Notes: a model not told the origin generated them from the sequence alone. Shown: positions 12,699 through 27,183, numbered from the whole stretch's first letter. The stretch is DNA of 63,470 nt, filler included, from Octopus bimaculoides (GCF_001194135.2; 5 parts of 5 records of this genome joined end to end with filler, not necessarily neighbours in it); one strand, 5' to 3'. A program made the numbers and translations.

Positions 12699-13984
12699 NN
12701 NNNNNNNNCCTCTCTCTCTCTGTCTATCAATCTATTTATCCCTCCCCCCTCTCTCTCTCTCTCTCTTTCTCTCTCTACCAGTTCTGTCTCTATATATTCA
12801 TTTTTCCATTTCACCACGTCGCCGCCATTGCAATCTTCTATCTGCAACTTTATATTTCTTTTCTTCTACTCCCAACCGATGACTCTTTTGCCTGATATCA
12901 GCCCCAGCATACTTCATCTTTATTCCCTTCTTATCTCTTAGCAATCTCATCCACTTTCTCATTAACTATCATTATTATCATGGTCTCAGTGATCATAATC
13001 ACAGCCATAATCACGATCATAATTACGATCATAATCATACTCGTAATCATTATCATCGTTGTTGTGTACGCAATCGATACCGTTACCGACTTCCTCACCC
13101 TCGGCGCCGTCGTTGTCGCCGTTGTCATCGTCATCATCATCAACATCATCATCAACTTCATTAATGCCATCGTCGTCTCCGTTAATACTGTCATCGTCGC
13201 CACCTACCCGAAGAAACGCCGTCTAGTAAACCACCCAACACAAATAATGAACAAATTAAAAACAGAGTTAATCTTTGCTTATAGACACAACATGAAATGC
13301 TTCCTATTTTTCTTTATTGCAACAGACAAAACGCCACCAGCTTGGCAAATGACAAAACGCCCATAGCCAGCTTGTGATTTGATTAAATAACCTTTGTGAA
13401 AGGCCTTTGAATATTGCTTTCTTCTAAATACTTAAGAACCAGTAAGAGGCCATGTTATAGAAGTAACAGGCTATATACTTATGGTGGATGTATGTAAATA
13501 TACATCTATGTATACATGTATGCATGTATGCATAGATAGATACTTACATACGTACACGAATACATATACACATGCGCGCACAACGTTCACCGCGGTTTTG
13601 GTGGCGTATATTGCGCAATTCGGTATTTTACAGCATCTACTCACGCTCTTTAAATTATATGTATCTGTTTGCGCGTATGTGTGCATGTATATATATATAT
13701 ATATATATATNNNNNNNNNNNNNNNNNNNNNNNNNNNNNNNNNNNNNNNNNNNNNNNNNNNNNNNNNNNNNNNNNNNNNNNNNNNNNNNNNNNNNNNNNN
13801 NNNNNNNNNNNNNNNNNNNNNNNNNNNNNNNNNNNNNNNNNNNNNNNNNNNNNNNNNNNNNNNNNNNNNNNNNNNNNNNNNNNNNNNNNNNNNNNNNNNN
13901 NNNNNNNNNNNNNNNNNNNNNNNNNNNNNNNNNNNNNNNNNGGTCGGTAAAAGGGAGTGATAGAATAAATAATAGGCTTTAAAA

Positions 13985-14095
13985 AATAAGTCCTGGGGTC
14001 GATTTGTTTGACTAAAACCCTTTAAGGCGGTGCTCCAGAATGGCTGCTGTCAAATGACTGAAACAGGTAAATGAAAACAAATAAAAGAATATATC
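13985..14095 (+). mobile_element. 3' end of family B SINE
   Basis: AATAAGTCCTGGGGTCGATTTG...GGCGGTGCTCCAG...AAATGACTGAAACA, the same tail as 31505-31600 and 43650-43705. Confidence 0.75.
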
Positions 14096-14352
14096 TGTAT
14101 ATATTATGTGCTTGTATGTGTTTGTGCGCGCACGTTTAGATGAAGTTTTGAACAATAAAGTGAACCTAATTCTTTTTTACCTTCTTTTCAGAAAACAAAC
14201 TTGTTTTACAAATATCAACCGTTATTCCTTTCTGTCGAAGAGCGTAAGCTCGAAACGTAAAAAACTTTCTCACTTTCCCGAGCGTCAAACTAATACACTT
14301 GCTTGTTGTTCATACACCTGTCTACGTCTTTTGTTTTTTTGTAAATTTCAAC

Positions 14353-14414
<62 letters not shown>

Positions 14415-15382
14415 TAGGTATAGGTATAGGTATGTATGTATGTATGCATGTATGTATGTTTATTGGATGCATGCAATTGCTTATGGTGGCTATCAAAATG
14501 GATGATGATCAACTTTTTCAGTTGTGTCTCAATTGATGATTATACTTGCCAAACTATCTTCTGACTCAATTGTCAATCCTTCGGTAATCTTATGTCCTAG
14601 GTAGCCGCAACAGAGGACGTAGCGGCGAGAGTGAACACAGAATCTTGACTGATATATCCTGCTCTAATGTTGCACTCACCGTGTGCCCTTACCATCGAGA
14701 TTACTACGAAAGTGGCAATATTCCATCGTTGCAGACAAGCGTCATACAACAATGACAATCACTCCTAAGATTTAAGGCATGATTTAAATTACAATATAAG
14801 ATATCAACGCAATGAAGCTTCATGGTGGAATTGGGACAGCGCAATTCCAAATATCACCATCTTTGATGTAAAAGTAGAAGATCCCGTGAAGAGAGTGACC
14901 AAAATGAGTAGTACCAAATCTCAGCTGTATGAGATTCCTAGATATCCAATCCGTTGGAAATTGCCTTGAAACTCAACAACCCGGTATATTTTTTTCTCAG
15001 AATGTACTCATTTAGCATTGGATTTCAAGGACTTACTCACAAAGCATAAGGGTAGTCGCTGATATAAGTATTAGTAGACGTGCACAAGGGTAAGCTTGCA
15101 CACCGAGGCCCGGTGCTACGCGGAATGCCAAGTTATTCTAGAGCCGCAGTGTATCCACTTACCACACATGACCGCGGGGGAAGTGGGAGAAGTCTTGATG
15201 AAGAAGAGTTTTTGTGCTAGCAGGAAAGGCTGACACATTTCGCTACATGGCCTAACCACAAGGGGTGCAAGCACTAAAATACTAAGTGCAGCACGTCACC
15301 TTATAAATATATATGTGTATGTGCCTGTAACTATATACGTTTGAAGTTTCACATACATACATACACACATAGAAATAAATGC

Positions 15383-15602
15383 GAGGGTGGCGAGCTGGCA
15401 GAAACGTTAGCACGTCGGGCGAAATGCTTAACGGTATTTCGTCTGCCGTTACGTTCTGAGTTCAAATTCCGCTGAGGTCGACTTTGCCTTTCATACTTTC
15501 GGGGTCGATAAATTAAGTACCAGTTACGCACTGGGGTCGATGTAATCGACTTAATCTCTTTGTCCCCTCTATGTTTAGCCTCTTGTGGGCAATAAAGAAA
15601 TA
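15383..15602 (+). mobile_element. Full-length family A SINE with 12-bp target site duplication
   Basis: Well-preserved head, B box and core. AGAAATAAATGC flanks both sides (15371-15382 and 15603-15614). Confidence 0.9.
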
Positions 15603-16863
15603 AGAAATAAATGCATATATGTATGCAGACGTGTATAGACGTATACACACAAACGTAGAGAAGTAATGAAGAGGTGTATAATTTCTGTGTGCAAATAATT
15701 ATGTTAAGAAATTTTTTTTAAATGTTATAATAGACACATAGACAGACAGATTAATACATACATACATCAATGCATACATGCATGTATACATACATAAAAG
15801 CTTACACACATACATGAATGCATACATACCTATACGGTAAGTTAAGTAGATCGAGACAGTGGGAAAGAAAGAGAGAGAAGGAAGGAAGGAAGGAAGGAAG
15901 GAAGGAAGGAAGGAAGGAAGGAAGGAAGGAAGGAAGAGACTGAGAATGTGAAAGTGAAAGTGAAAGTGAGAAGGTGAGGAAGAGAGAAGAGAGAGGTAAT
16001 CATCAATCGATTGACAAGCTTGGCAGGGACCAAATTATTATTAGATTATTCCGGTTAACGATTTTGACATAAGGATCTCTTTCTTCTTGGTCCTTCCTTT
16101 CTTTCTTCCCTTCTTTACNNNNNNNNNNNNNNNNNNNNNNNNNNNNNNNNNNNNNNNNNNNNNNNNNNNNNNNNNNNNNNNNNNNNNNNNNNNNNNNNNN
16201 NNNNNNNNNNNNNNNNNNNNNNNNNNNNNNNNNNNNNNNNNNNNNNNNNNNNNNNNNNNNNNNNNNNNNNNNNNNNNNNNNNNNNNNNNNNNNNNNNNNN
16301 NNNNNNNNNNNNNNNNNNNNNNNNNNNNNNNNNNNNNNNNNNNNNNNNNNNNNNNNNNNNNNNNNNNNNNNNNNNNNNNNNNNNNNNNNNNNNNNNNNNN
16401 NNNNNNNNNNNNNNNNNNNNNNNNNNNNNNNNNNNNNNNNNNNNNNNNNNNNNNNNNNNNNNNNNNNNNNNNNNNNNNNNNNNNNNNNNNNNNNNNNNNN
16501 NNNNNNNNNNNATATATATACAAGTAAATAGAAAAGGCGGGCTTTATAGTGATGAGGGTTTTATAATTCTCAGTTTAAAACCAATGACATAAGCTTTATA
16601 AAGAGAAAGTAAACAAAAAAGAATAAGCAAAATACCATGGATACATTTGTAGTATTTTGAAATATAAGCTAGTTAACTGCTGCACGGCAGCACAAATTCA
16701 AGACAGATCACGAAATATAATTATGTGTGTGCATGTGTGTGTATGTGTGCGTTCGTGCCTATGTGTGTCTGTATGTATGTGCGTGTGTGTGTGTCTGTGT
16801 GTATCTGTGTGTGTCTGCGCCTGTGTGTCTATGTGGTGTCTGTGCGCATAGATAGGTAGACAA

Positions 16864-16925
<62 letters not shown>

Positions 16926-19077
16926 TCCTGTATACATAGGATGGAAGTAAGAAAAAGGATGCATTTCTCGCCTCTTATTTTCTTTCTTTTTTAAACACCC
17001 TTTCTTAGTTTTTGTCATTCTTCCTTTCTTTCTATCTTTTAATCTTTCCTTACGTTTTCTCTTCTTTCTTTTCCCCTCTTCCTTTTTCCTTTCTCGTGGA
17101 TTGTATAAAGGAGATAGAGAGGTGACGGCAGCAGCGAAGGATAATGGTCTTGTAATTTTGGTTTGACCGGCATCAGAATATTTGTTGCTTTGTTGGTTGG
17201 TCGATTGGTTAGTTGCTTGGCTGGCTGGCTGGCTGGCTGGTGATGCTTGGTGATAGATGGCCGGTTTTGTGTGATCAGTGGTGGCGTTTATGCATGGCTA
17301 TGGGTGGTCAAGGAGTAGAGGGGAGTTTGCAGTTGAACGGCTAAGTTAAGCTAAGCTATGCTAAGCTATGGCTATGCTGCGCTGTGCTATGAGAGAGATT
17401 GTATTTGTGATTGGAAGCAGATCTTCGTTGATTTCATTTTGATATCTAAACTGTCAAGACAGTCAGGGGGACCATTTCAAGAAGTTAGATCTAATCCGTA
17501 CCTAATCCCAATTCTGCGACGACCAGTTTACTGTTTGAATATTAGGGAGTGAGAAAAGAGAAAGAGAGAGATGCAAAGTGGAAAAATAAGGAAATGGAGA
17601 GAAGGAAAGAGAGGGAGAAAAGGAGAGAGAGAGAGATGCGGAGTGACACGGACATAAATTGACAGAAGCAAAAAAGACTAGCAATGACTTGATGATTAAG
17701 AGGACAGAAATACATTTGCTGAGAAAGGAAGAGTGAGTGGGAGTGTGGGACAGAAAAACAGTGTGCGTAAGTGAGAGAGGAGGGAAGGGATACACCTTAG
17801 ATAGGCAAATATACACGCAGACAGAGCGATAGAAATGTTGACAGAAGAAGAGAAAGAAATTAGGTTTAAGAGAAGACAATGAGAGGTGAGTGTTGGTGAG
17901 TGTGACTAAATAAATGATAGTGATAGAAGTAAACCAATGTGAGTTGCAGTTTGAAAGATGAGTAGGTTGTAGATTTACTGAGAGATTATAACTGAGATTG
18001 TAGGAAATGTTGTGCGGTAAGTAAAAAGATGAAGAGAATAAGTGAAATGTTAGACTGCAAGGGAGACAAACGCGAGCTTAAATAGTAGAGAGGTATAACG
18101 AACGAAGATACCGTTAAAGGGGAGAGTGGAGGAGAAAAGGGTGCCGAGACAAGGAAAGAGTAAAAAATAAATGGAAGGCAAGGAGGGGATATTCGGAAGA
18201 AAAAGATGTACAACAGACAGATATGAACAGGGATGGACAGAAATGGAGCATGCAGGAAAAAGAGTGAATAAACACCTCAGAAAAGAATTGACAAAATGCG
18301 ATAGTGATATAAATGGTTTAAAATATATGACAGAGATTTGGAGAGATAGAAAAGGGTAGAGCGATATTTCGAGCAGGAGCGAGTAGAAGGAGATTGTTAA
18401 AGAGACGAGTTTTAAAAATACAAATTCAAAAGCGAAACTGTCATTCTAGATTAGTCTTGGGCCGAAATTTTCTGTATAATCAAACGTAGAATTGATGAAA
18501 GCAATTGCGATGAATTTCGTAATGTTAAGCGGATGAGACAAATCCTTCTCGTGGCTGTACAGTTAGACTATGACAAGAGATTTTACTAACAAATCTGACA
18601 ACTTGTGCACTGAGACACGAATAGTTGATTGTCCAGTGAAGAAACAAACTGAAACACCTGCAACGGTTTTCAACCCAAGGATTGTGAGTTCGTATTCTCC
18701 TGACTCGTTTACCTTGTCATTAGTATTGCAGTGTGTGCATATCCGCCATCCATTAGCTCTTTCAATATTAAATCTCCAGAGAGGTAATATGAGTAACGGA
18801 ACAATTTTTTTTTTGGGGGGGGGGGGTTGTAACATTCATCAAACACTTACAATTTCAATGAGTCGATGAGAGAATCCTCTCCACAATGTGGAATACTTGA
18901 AACAATTGCATATGCCTGTTGCACTTAACCATTCGACCAAATAACTGTTATATCAAAGGTGGGATCAGTCTGAGATGACCTAAGTCAGTTATAAGCAAAC
19001 AGCACCTCGTGGGACATTGTAAATGGCACGCCTAAATAAAAAAAATCATCTTCAAATTTTTAGCAGTNNNNNNNNNN

Positions 19078-19183
19078 GCCATGTCTATGTGGTTAAGAAG
19101 CCAGCTTTGCAATCACGTGGTTTCTAGATCAGTTCCATTACGCGGCACCTTCAGGTAAGTATTTTTCACTACACTGTGCCTAG
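19078..19183 (+). mobile_element. Family B SINE head, identical to 24652-24757
   Basis: tRNA-like head; 106 bp identical to the second copy by direct comparison. Confidence 0.75.
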
Positions 19184-19200
19184 TTATATTAATAATTCTT

Positions 19201-19395
19201 ACATCACAACTTTCTCTCACTCTTCCTATTTCTGTTGTACTTGTATTCTGTGTCATACTGAATCTCCCTGAGAATAACGTTAAGGGTACACGTGTCTGGG
19301 GAGTGCTCAGCCACTTGCACGTTAATTTAACGAGCAGGCTGTTTCCGTTGATCGGATCAACTGGAACCCTCGTCGTCGTAACCGACGGAGTGCCA
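19201..19395 (+). repeat. Interspersed repeat, inverted partner of 21320-21530
   Basis: Shares exact blocks ACGTTAAGGGTACACGTGTCTG and CCGTTGATCGGATCAACTGGAACC with the reverse complement of 21320-21530. Confidence 0.85.
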
Positions 19396-19449
19396 CGATA
19401 TCTATTTATCTATTTATCCATTTATCTCGTATGTGTGTGTGTGTGTTTG

Positions 19450-19536
<87 letters not shown>

Positions 19537-20536
19537 GTGTGTGAGTTTTAATTCATATATTATTCAAATTCATGTACATGTGTATGTGTGTGTATGCATG
19601 CTTGTATGCGTGTTTTTCAAGGTGTGTAAATACGTATATGTGCATATGTAAGTATGTCCGCATAGCGAAACTGTGTTGGCGAAAAGATTAGTTACACCAA
19701 AGAAAATAGCTGGACGTCAGTTAGAATACAACGTTGTTGACGGGAACGGAAAGGCTGTAGTGAAGGAACGAGATAGATAGATCGATCCACCAATAGATAG
19801 ACAAACAAACCGACAGACAGATAGAACGAACGAGGGAGATGGGGGGATTCTATTTTAAAATAAATTAGTATTTTCTGATTCCTAACTGCCATCGTTGTCC
19901 AGTTCTACTTTCTTCATTTCTCCAACATCATTCCATCCATTCACTAATCTCCCATACAGATGTCTACAAATGTCCATGATATTCTTTAGGGATTGATTAT
20001 TTTGGTCAGTGACATGGCATGGCATTGCATGGCATTGAAATGGCATGTGGCATTGCATGGAAAAGAATTTAGGCCTGATCTCATCGCTTTTCCATGCCTG
20101 TCTGGCATAATCGATTTTCTGTTTGTTGTGACATCCATTTTTGGCAGAGTTTATATAGGAAGTGAATATAAGGTAGACAGAAATAATTCAGTTCGGTACT
20201 CAATGTTATTATAAATACAGTCAGCATCAAGTCATCGTGAAATGACAGGTGCAGTTATANNNNNNNNNNNNNNNNNNNNNNNNNNNNNNNNNNNNNNNNN
20301 NNNNNNNNNNNNNNNNNNNNNNNNNNNNNNNNNNNNNNNNNNNNNNNNNNNNNNNNNNNNNNNNNNNNNNNNNNNNNNNNNNNNNNNNNNNNNNNNNNNN
20401 NNNNNNNNNNNNNNNNNNNNNNNNNNNNNNNNNNNNNNNNNNNNNNNNNNNNNNNNNNNNNNNNNNNNNNNNNNNNNNNNNNNNNNNNNNNNNNNNNNNN
20501 NNNNNNNNNNNNNNNNNNNNNNNNNNNNNNNNNNNN

Positions 20537-20583
<47 letters not shown>

Positions 20584-21129
20584 TATACACATACATGTGT
20601 GTGGGTGTATGCATGACTATTTACATACATATGTGCGCATACATATATGTATTTGAATACATATGTATTTATGTATTATTATGTGGTAATGCTTCAACAA
20701 GTAGAAAAGCACTCGATCAGGTAAGAGAATCCCTAGGTAGCTGTATTTACAAGATTTCTAGTTTTCATTATAAGATTACTTCTGTATGTGTGTGTGTATG
20801 TATGTATGTAAAATTGCATACATTAGATCTCGTTCCACAAATTAAGAAATGATAAAACAAATGCTAATTAACAACGGATATTCAAACAGACGTGTAAACC
20901 AAGCTACTGATGAATATAAACAGAAATACAACTGAAAAAATACAAAGTGTATTATAAGGACCAAATGCATATCAATATCAGAACAAACGAAAATATAGTC
21001 AAATATCTCACAAAGCGAAACACAAACCACTATCTGACACTAGAAATGCATATCACAAAAAGCAATATAATTAATAGTATCCTCTACAACTTAAGCGCAA
21101 GCTTGTAAACCTGGAAACAAACGAGGAGC

Positions 21130-21290
21130 GACGAATGTAACTTGCAAATTTGACTGTAAAAGTGAGATGCTGCAAACTTCATAATTCCAGCCGTTACATT
21201 GGCCAAACAAGTATAGCATTCTCTCATAGACATACGATACATTTAAAATGAACAGCAATTGCAATATGCAGTATCATACACCATAAAACA
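21130..21290 (+). mobile_element. Degenerate Penelope-like GIY-YIG endonuclease fragment
   Basis: NVTCKFDC, then after a frameshift NSSRYIGQTSIAFSHRHTIH, resembling the PLE pattern NVVYKF.C...YIGQT...LS.R...H. Confidence 0.5.
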
Positions 21291-21319
21291 AAGGTAGGTA
21301 GACAAATATTAATAGAAAA

Positions 21320-21530
21320 TGTTGTCGCTCCGTCGCTTACTACGTCAAAGGTTCCAGTTGATCCGATCAACGGAACAGCCGGCTCGTGAATTTAACGTGC
21401 AGTCCACAGACACGTGTACCCTTAACGTAGTTCTTGGGGATATTCAGCGTGACACAGTGTGACAAGGCTGACCCTTTGAATTACAGGCACAGCAGAAACA
21501 GGAAGTAAGAGTGAGAGAAAGTTGTGATGA
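21320..21530 (-). repeat. Interspersed repeat, inverted partner of 19201-19395
   Basis: Its reverse complement aligns with 19201-19395, with an internal indel. Confidence 0.85.
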
Positions 21531-22850
21531 AAGAGTACAACAGGGTTTACCATATCTCTATGGCAGTCCGTACTGAGGAGAAACAGATATTTTCGCTAAG
21601 AAAGTATTGATTTCGAAACTATGGTCTACGGATAACCTTATATTTATTTCTATAATTTTCACTAGTCTCGCCCGTATGTTTTTGCTTCGCTAAATTTTTT
21701 CTTTGAGAAATTTTCGGTGATCTTCTTCTAGCACATTAGCAGTCCACTTGGTGGTCTCTTTTATATATACATATATGTATACATATATACTTGTGAACAT
21801 ATGTATGTGTGTAAATATGTATATAGAGAGAGACAGAGAGAGATGGGATACTGAGAGAGAAATCATTTGACGGGTAGCAGATATTTAGACCAAAGGCTTA
21901 ACATTCCGTCATTTCTTGGTTCCCTCCCAGTTTGCATTACGTATAAAAATTACTTTCCATGGTTGTCCTGATGATGTTTCCATCATTCTGTTTTTAACAT
22001 TATAATTCGTAGCAAATCATCTACTATCTACACACTTCCCCACCCCCTAATACTTTTACCTTTTTTTACTGTAAGCACCACCTTGCTTTCTTTTCTTTTC
22101 TCTTTTTGCTTTTTACCTTGTTCCTGGAAATTTTTCCTTTCCTTTTTTTTTTTTCCAAAATTTTGGTTGGAGACAAAACTGTTCTGTTCAAAAACTCGTC
22201 AACGCTTTTCCAACGATTTTGCAAATATTCTCCTTTTATCTTAAGCATCCTATAATTTCGTATACATCATATTATCATTACATATTGTTATTGTTATAGT
22301 ATTTGCCTCGCTCTTATTCTCTATATTATATATTTATTCATTGAGTCATTTCTTTGCTTTCCTTTTTCGATCGCAACAAGAACAGAGAGATATCGAGCTT
22401 TCTGTTTTTTTTATTTCCTATCAATCTCTGCGTGTCCGTCTTTCTCAAATTGCTTGCGTCTTAAGGTTTCTTTTGGGGGTCTTTGAAGAATGCTGCAGTT
22501 GATGCCCAGATTAGTTGATTCATATCGAAGATATTGATGTTTACATCCGTTTCCTATATAGAAATGGTGCGTGTTGTGTGTGTGTGTGTGTGTGTATGTG
22601 TGGGTCTATATCTAGCTTCGATAGTAATGATATTATAGTTAGTGAATAGTTCGGTTAACGATGAAAAATAAACCGCTTCATCTAGATATTCAAAGGTGAA
22701 AATACACAGAGAAGACTTTTTCCATACTCTTCTCCAAATATACTGGAGTTTTAACCTGGGCACAGCAAACCTACGAAGCACCAGTCAGTTATACAGTATT
22801 CTTTTTGCCAGGAATACTAAATTAAACTCACACACACAAACATATATAAA

Positions 22851-22889
<39 letters not shown>

Positions 22890-23153
22890 GTGTGTGTGTA
22901 CATATATATACGTATGTGTGTGTGTGTGTATGCACATACGCTTTAGAGCATCTATTTATCATTGTAGCTATTCTCATGCAATCGCTACCAATTCGACTTT
23001 GGCTTGGGTTAGCTCATCATTATTCACTCAATTTGTTTATATATAAATGTCGCTTTACATGGGAGAGTATATATTATTATGACGATATATTATCATTGTT
23101 ATTTTGTCTTTTATACATCCAACCACGTGCTTTCACATACCAACTCTCTCACC

Positions 23154-23239
<86 letters not shown>

Positions 23240-23293
23240 CATACATACATGCATACATATTAACGTACATTATTACAGAGAGACAATTACATG

Positions 23294-23382
<89 letters not shown>

Positions 23383-23392
23383 GCAGACAGGC

Positions 23393-23449
<57 letters not shown>

Positions 23450-24643
23450 TTAATTTGGACTTCTTTAAAATTTTAGTTTCTGAAAATAATATTTCCATTG
23501 CCCATCACATCGAATTAGCAACTAATTAAATTGGGACCAACTGACTCGTTATACATACCTAACATACATATATACATACATATATGCATGCATGCATGCA
23601 TACATACATACATACATACATACATACATACATACATACATACATTCACACATATTCATACCTAGATCTACCCATATACTCGTATATACATACTTACATA
23701 CAAGTTCGTTTTGTTTTGCTTTTATTTGATTTTTCATACTAGTAAGTGCATAACGAAATGAAGTTTAAGACGCACTTGGAGTTTTTAAGAAGATTTATTC
23801 ACATTAACTCAACGAGTCTCTTGATTTCATGATTCTCCAAAATAATTTGAGATGAAGAGACGCGAAGCTAAAAAGAATCTTTATTTAGGGCTACTATCTA
23901 ACACAATACGCTATTCTTTGTGGAATTGATCTAGCAACTCTGGTTATGAACTGAGGTGAGTGGAATTAAGTGATTTGTGTAGTAAATAAGCTAACACTTG
24001 CTGCATTGGTTATGAATGAGATCATAAGATATGATCTGTAAGTCATGTTGACCTTATCCAGTCATTTCACTTCAAAGATGTCAGTGATGTTTTAATTGCT
24101 TTCTTTTCAGCATCCATCATCTTACATGATATGGTTAACTATTTCACATGTGAACACTTGAAAGAAGGCCAGCAAATAATATATGCCGCCTTTGATGTGA
24201 CCATTATTTTACCTTTGTTTTTAACTCCTCCCCCTCTCTCTCTCTCTCTCTCTCTCTCTCCCCTCCCTCTCTCCCGGTCTATCTATCTATCTTCCTTTCC
24301 CTCTTCAGAGATACTTCGGCTTCTCTCTGTGCGCTTCGCACTTTCGCACCTCCGCACAGATTCCACTGGAAAAACTGTGTTAATTATAAACTGTACAGAA
24401 GATATGGCCGACAATATAGGGAGCCAGATTGAAACTAGGGAAATACTTAATGTTGTTTGTCTACATTCAATTAAAAGCACAAATTCAAATGTAAGTTGGG
24501 TTTGATTTGCCTGTCTTTAATCCGGCAACTTGATAAAATAGTCAGAAGAGAAATGAGGATTGATCAGCTGGATTTCGATCATAATTAACCGACTAGATGG
24601 CCATATGCCGAAAAAGAATTATAAGTCTCTAAACAAATTTATT

Positions 24644-24976
24644 CAGGCACAGCCATGTCTATGTGGTTAAGAAGCCAGCTTTGCAATCACGTGGTTTCTA
24701 GATCAGTTCCATTACGCGGCACCTTCAGGTAAGTATTTTTCACTACACTGTGCCTAGAGTAGAAAGAAGTATTGTTGTTGTTAAGGCGGCGAGCTGACAG
24801 AACACCGGGCAAAATGCTTAGCGGCATTTTGTCCGTCTCACGGTCTGAGATGAAATTCCACCAAGGTCGACTTTGCCTTTCATCCTTTCGGTATAGATAA
24901 AAGACGTACCAGTTGAGTACAGGGTTCAAATTTATAGTAAAACAAAATTGCTGGCTTTGTGCTAAAATTTGAAATC
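24644..24976 (+). mobile_element. Family B SINE head (24644-24757) followed by a family A SINE (24781-24976)
   Basis: Family motifs as at the other copies. Confidence 0.8.
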
Positions 24977-25634
24977 ATAATGTTTATTATTATCATTAAG
25001 CCAGCTGACCGATCCTTTAAAATTTCAAGCCTTACGCCTATAGCAGGGAGAATTATTAATATAACTACGCCCAGTATGTGTTTGTCCTTAAGCAATAATT
25101 CGTAATACATCTTGCTTCAATTTCTATAGCTGATAAATCAGAAACCGTTCCGATCTAACAGCTCGCTGGGTTTCGGTAGGAAGGGACATATTATATTTTA
25201 GATTCAGCAATACGATATACAATGTTTAATATTTATAATTGTTACAGCAATGTTCAAATTAGCGAAGATTTGAAGGAATCCATATTTACAAGGGGAAAAA
25301 AGTGGATCCAATGGATTTCAGAGAGAAAAAAAAAAAGAAACGTAGAATCTTCTTTAATATAAGCTACAAACTCTGAAATAACTATATTCCATTTGCTTTA
25401 ATTCATTTTTTTTTTTCTAGAGATTTAGAATACCCAAAGCTCGTGAAATAATTTATTAAATTTCAAAATCTGCTTCCCAATTGTCAAGCTTTTGTTTCAA
25501 ACTTGATCTTTAGGCAACAAAAAAACCCCCCAAAAGTAAGAATCTATGTATGTGTGTGTGCTGAATATACGTTCGTGTGTGTTTGTGCTTTTGTAAATGT
25601 GTGTATGTATACATATACAAGCAAATATATATGC

Positions 25635-25677
<43 letters not shown>

Positions 25678-26073
25678 GGTGTTAAGAAAGAAAGAATCAG
25701 AGAAAGTATTCAGTTTAACTCTCTCTTTCTCCCTCTCCCTCTCTGTTCTTCTGCACATCTACATAAACACACACCTACATATACATATATATATAAATAT
25801 AAATATATATGTATATATNNNNNNNNNNNNNNNNNNNNNNNNNNNNNNNNNNNNNNNNNNNNNNNNNNNNNNNNNNNNNNNNNNNNNNNNNNNNNNNNNN
25901 NNNNNNNNNNNNNNNNNNNNNNNNNNNNNNNNNNNNNNNNNNNNNNNNNNNNNNNNNNNNNNNNNNNNNNNNNNNNNNNNNNNNNNNNNNNNNNNNNNNN
26001 NNNNNNNNNNNNNNNNNNNNNGAATGAGACCTCGATGTTATGTAAATAGAGAATTTATCTGTAATATATATAT

Positions 26074-26126
<53 letters not shown>

Positions 26127-27017
26127 GTGCAATTTAAATTGAAATTGCATGAGATACATAACCATTATTAAGAGCTGCATGTTCCCTCTCATAAATTGAA
26201 GGAGAAAGCTGCAATCTAAATTGAAATTGCATGACATATGTATATAAGCGAGTTCAACACAGATATCAGTTTGGTGCCTGATGCGAATGAGACCAACATA
26301 AGGTGCATTATGAAAAGAGTTCCAATGAGTAACCATAACGCATCTTCCGTCCTGCGGGTTAACAAGGGATACGGAATCTTAGGCGGAGGCATCTGTTCGA
26401 AAACTATGTAAAATTATGTTGCATTCTCCACCCAATGCCAGTGCAACCAGCAACTTGTTCTGGGAAGTGTTTGGTGGGAAGAGGAAAAATTGCGTGTCCC
26501 AAAAGCCCGAAACGGATCCGGAAGAGAATATCATAAATGCAACAGTAGCTTCTTGCAGAACAATTATGGATTAATTTTCACCTATTTAGACAGCCAGTAG
26601 TTTCCGTTGACTCCGAATCTTTTCTAGATAAAAAAAAAACATCAGCTTCATATATATGTGTAGGTATGTGCATCAGGTGAAATGCACATATATGAATGTT
26701 GGTGTGATTGTGTGAGTGCATGTGTTTGCGCATACAGAAGACTGCATACGTAGATTACACACATCAAATTAACGTTTCTAATCTTAACACCGTAATAATG
26801 TTTCATTCAATACAGGTTTATATATATGTGTGTATATATGTGTGTCCTTGTGTGTGCGCGTGCGTGTATATCGGGAGAAAGATGGAGAAAGAAATATTAA
26901 CCTCTGTGTTTATATCTACACATAACGATATATATAGAACAAATATAAAGCACATACGCATGCGTAGAAGCCTGCACGTATGAACCTATCTGTACATTTT
27001 TATATATACACACTTAT

Positions 27018-27117
27018 NNNNNNNNNNNNNNNNNNNNNNNNNNNNNNNNNNNNNNNNNNNNTTAATTAATTAANNNNNNNNNNNNNNNNNNNNNNNNNNN
27101 NNNNNNNNNNNNNNNNN
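27018..27117. other. Artificial scaffold spacer N44-TTAATTAATTAA-N44 (also 55860-55959, 58415-58514, 61080-61179)
   Basis: Four identical 100-bp constructs. The 12-mer puts stop codons in all six frames. Confidence 0.9.
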
Positions 27118-27183
27118 GGGGGTTCATCCAAGTAAAATAGGAATCAAGGGGGTCCATACGTAAAATAATAGTTGAGGACCCCT
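27118..27183. mobile_element. Right end of a hAT-type MITE
   Basis: Ends GTTGAGGACCCCTG (reverse complement CAGGGGTCCTCAAC), a Charlie-like terminus. The left part is lost in the spacer. Confidence 0.5.

Noticed and set aside
14580-15300. Unique, coding-looking stretch (e.g. SWWNWDSAIPNITIFDVKVEDPVKRV)
   Set aside because: Frames are interrupted by stops and I could match no family; possibly an old transposon. Needs TBLASTX.
17496-17545. Minus-strand acceptor-like site after a pyrimidine tract, considered as Smad exon 2
   Set aside because: In the phase required by exon 1 it reads into a stop (VNWSSQNWD*) and has no PY motif.
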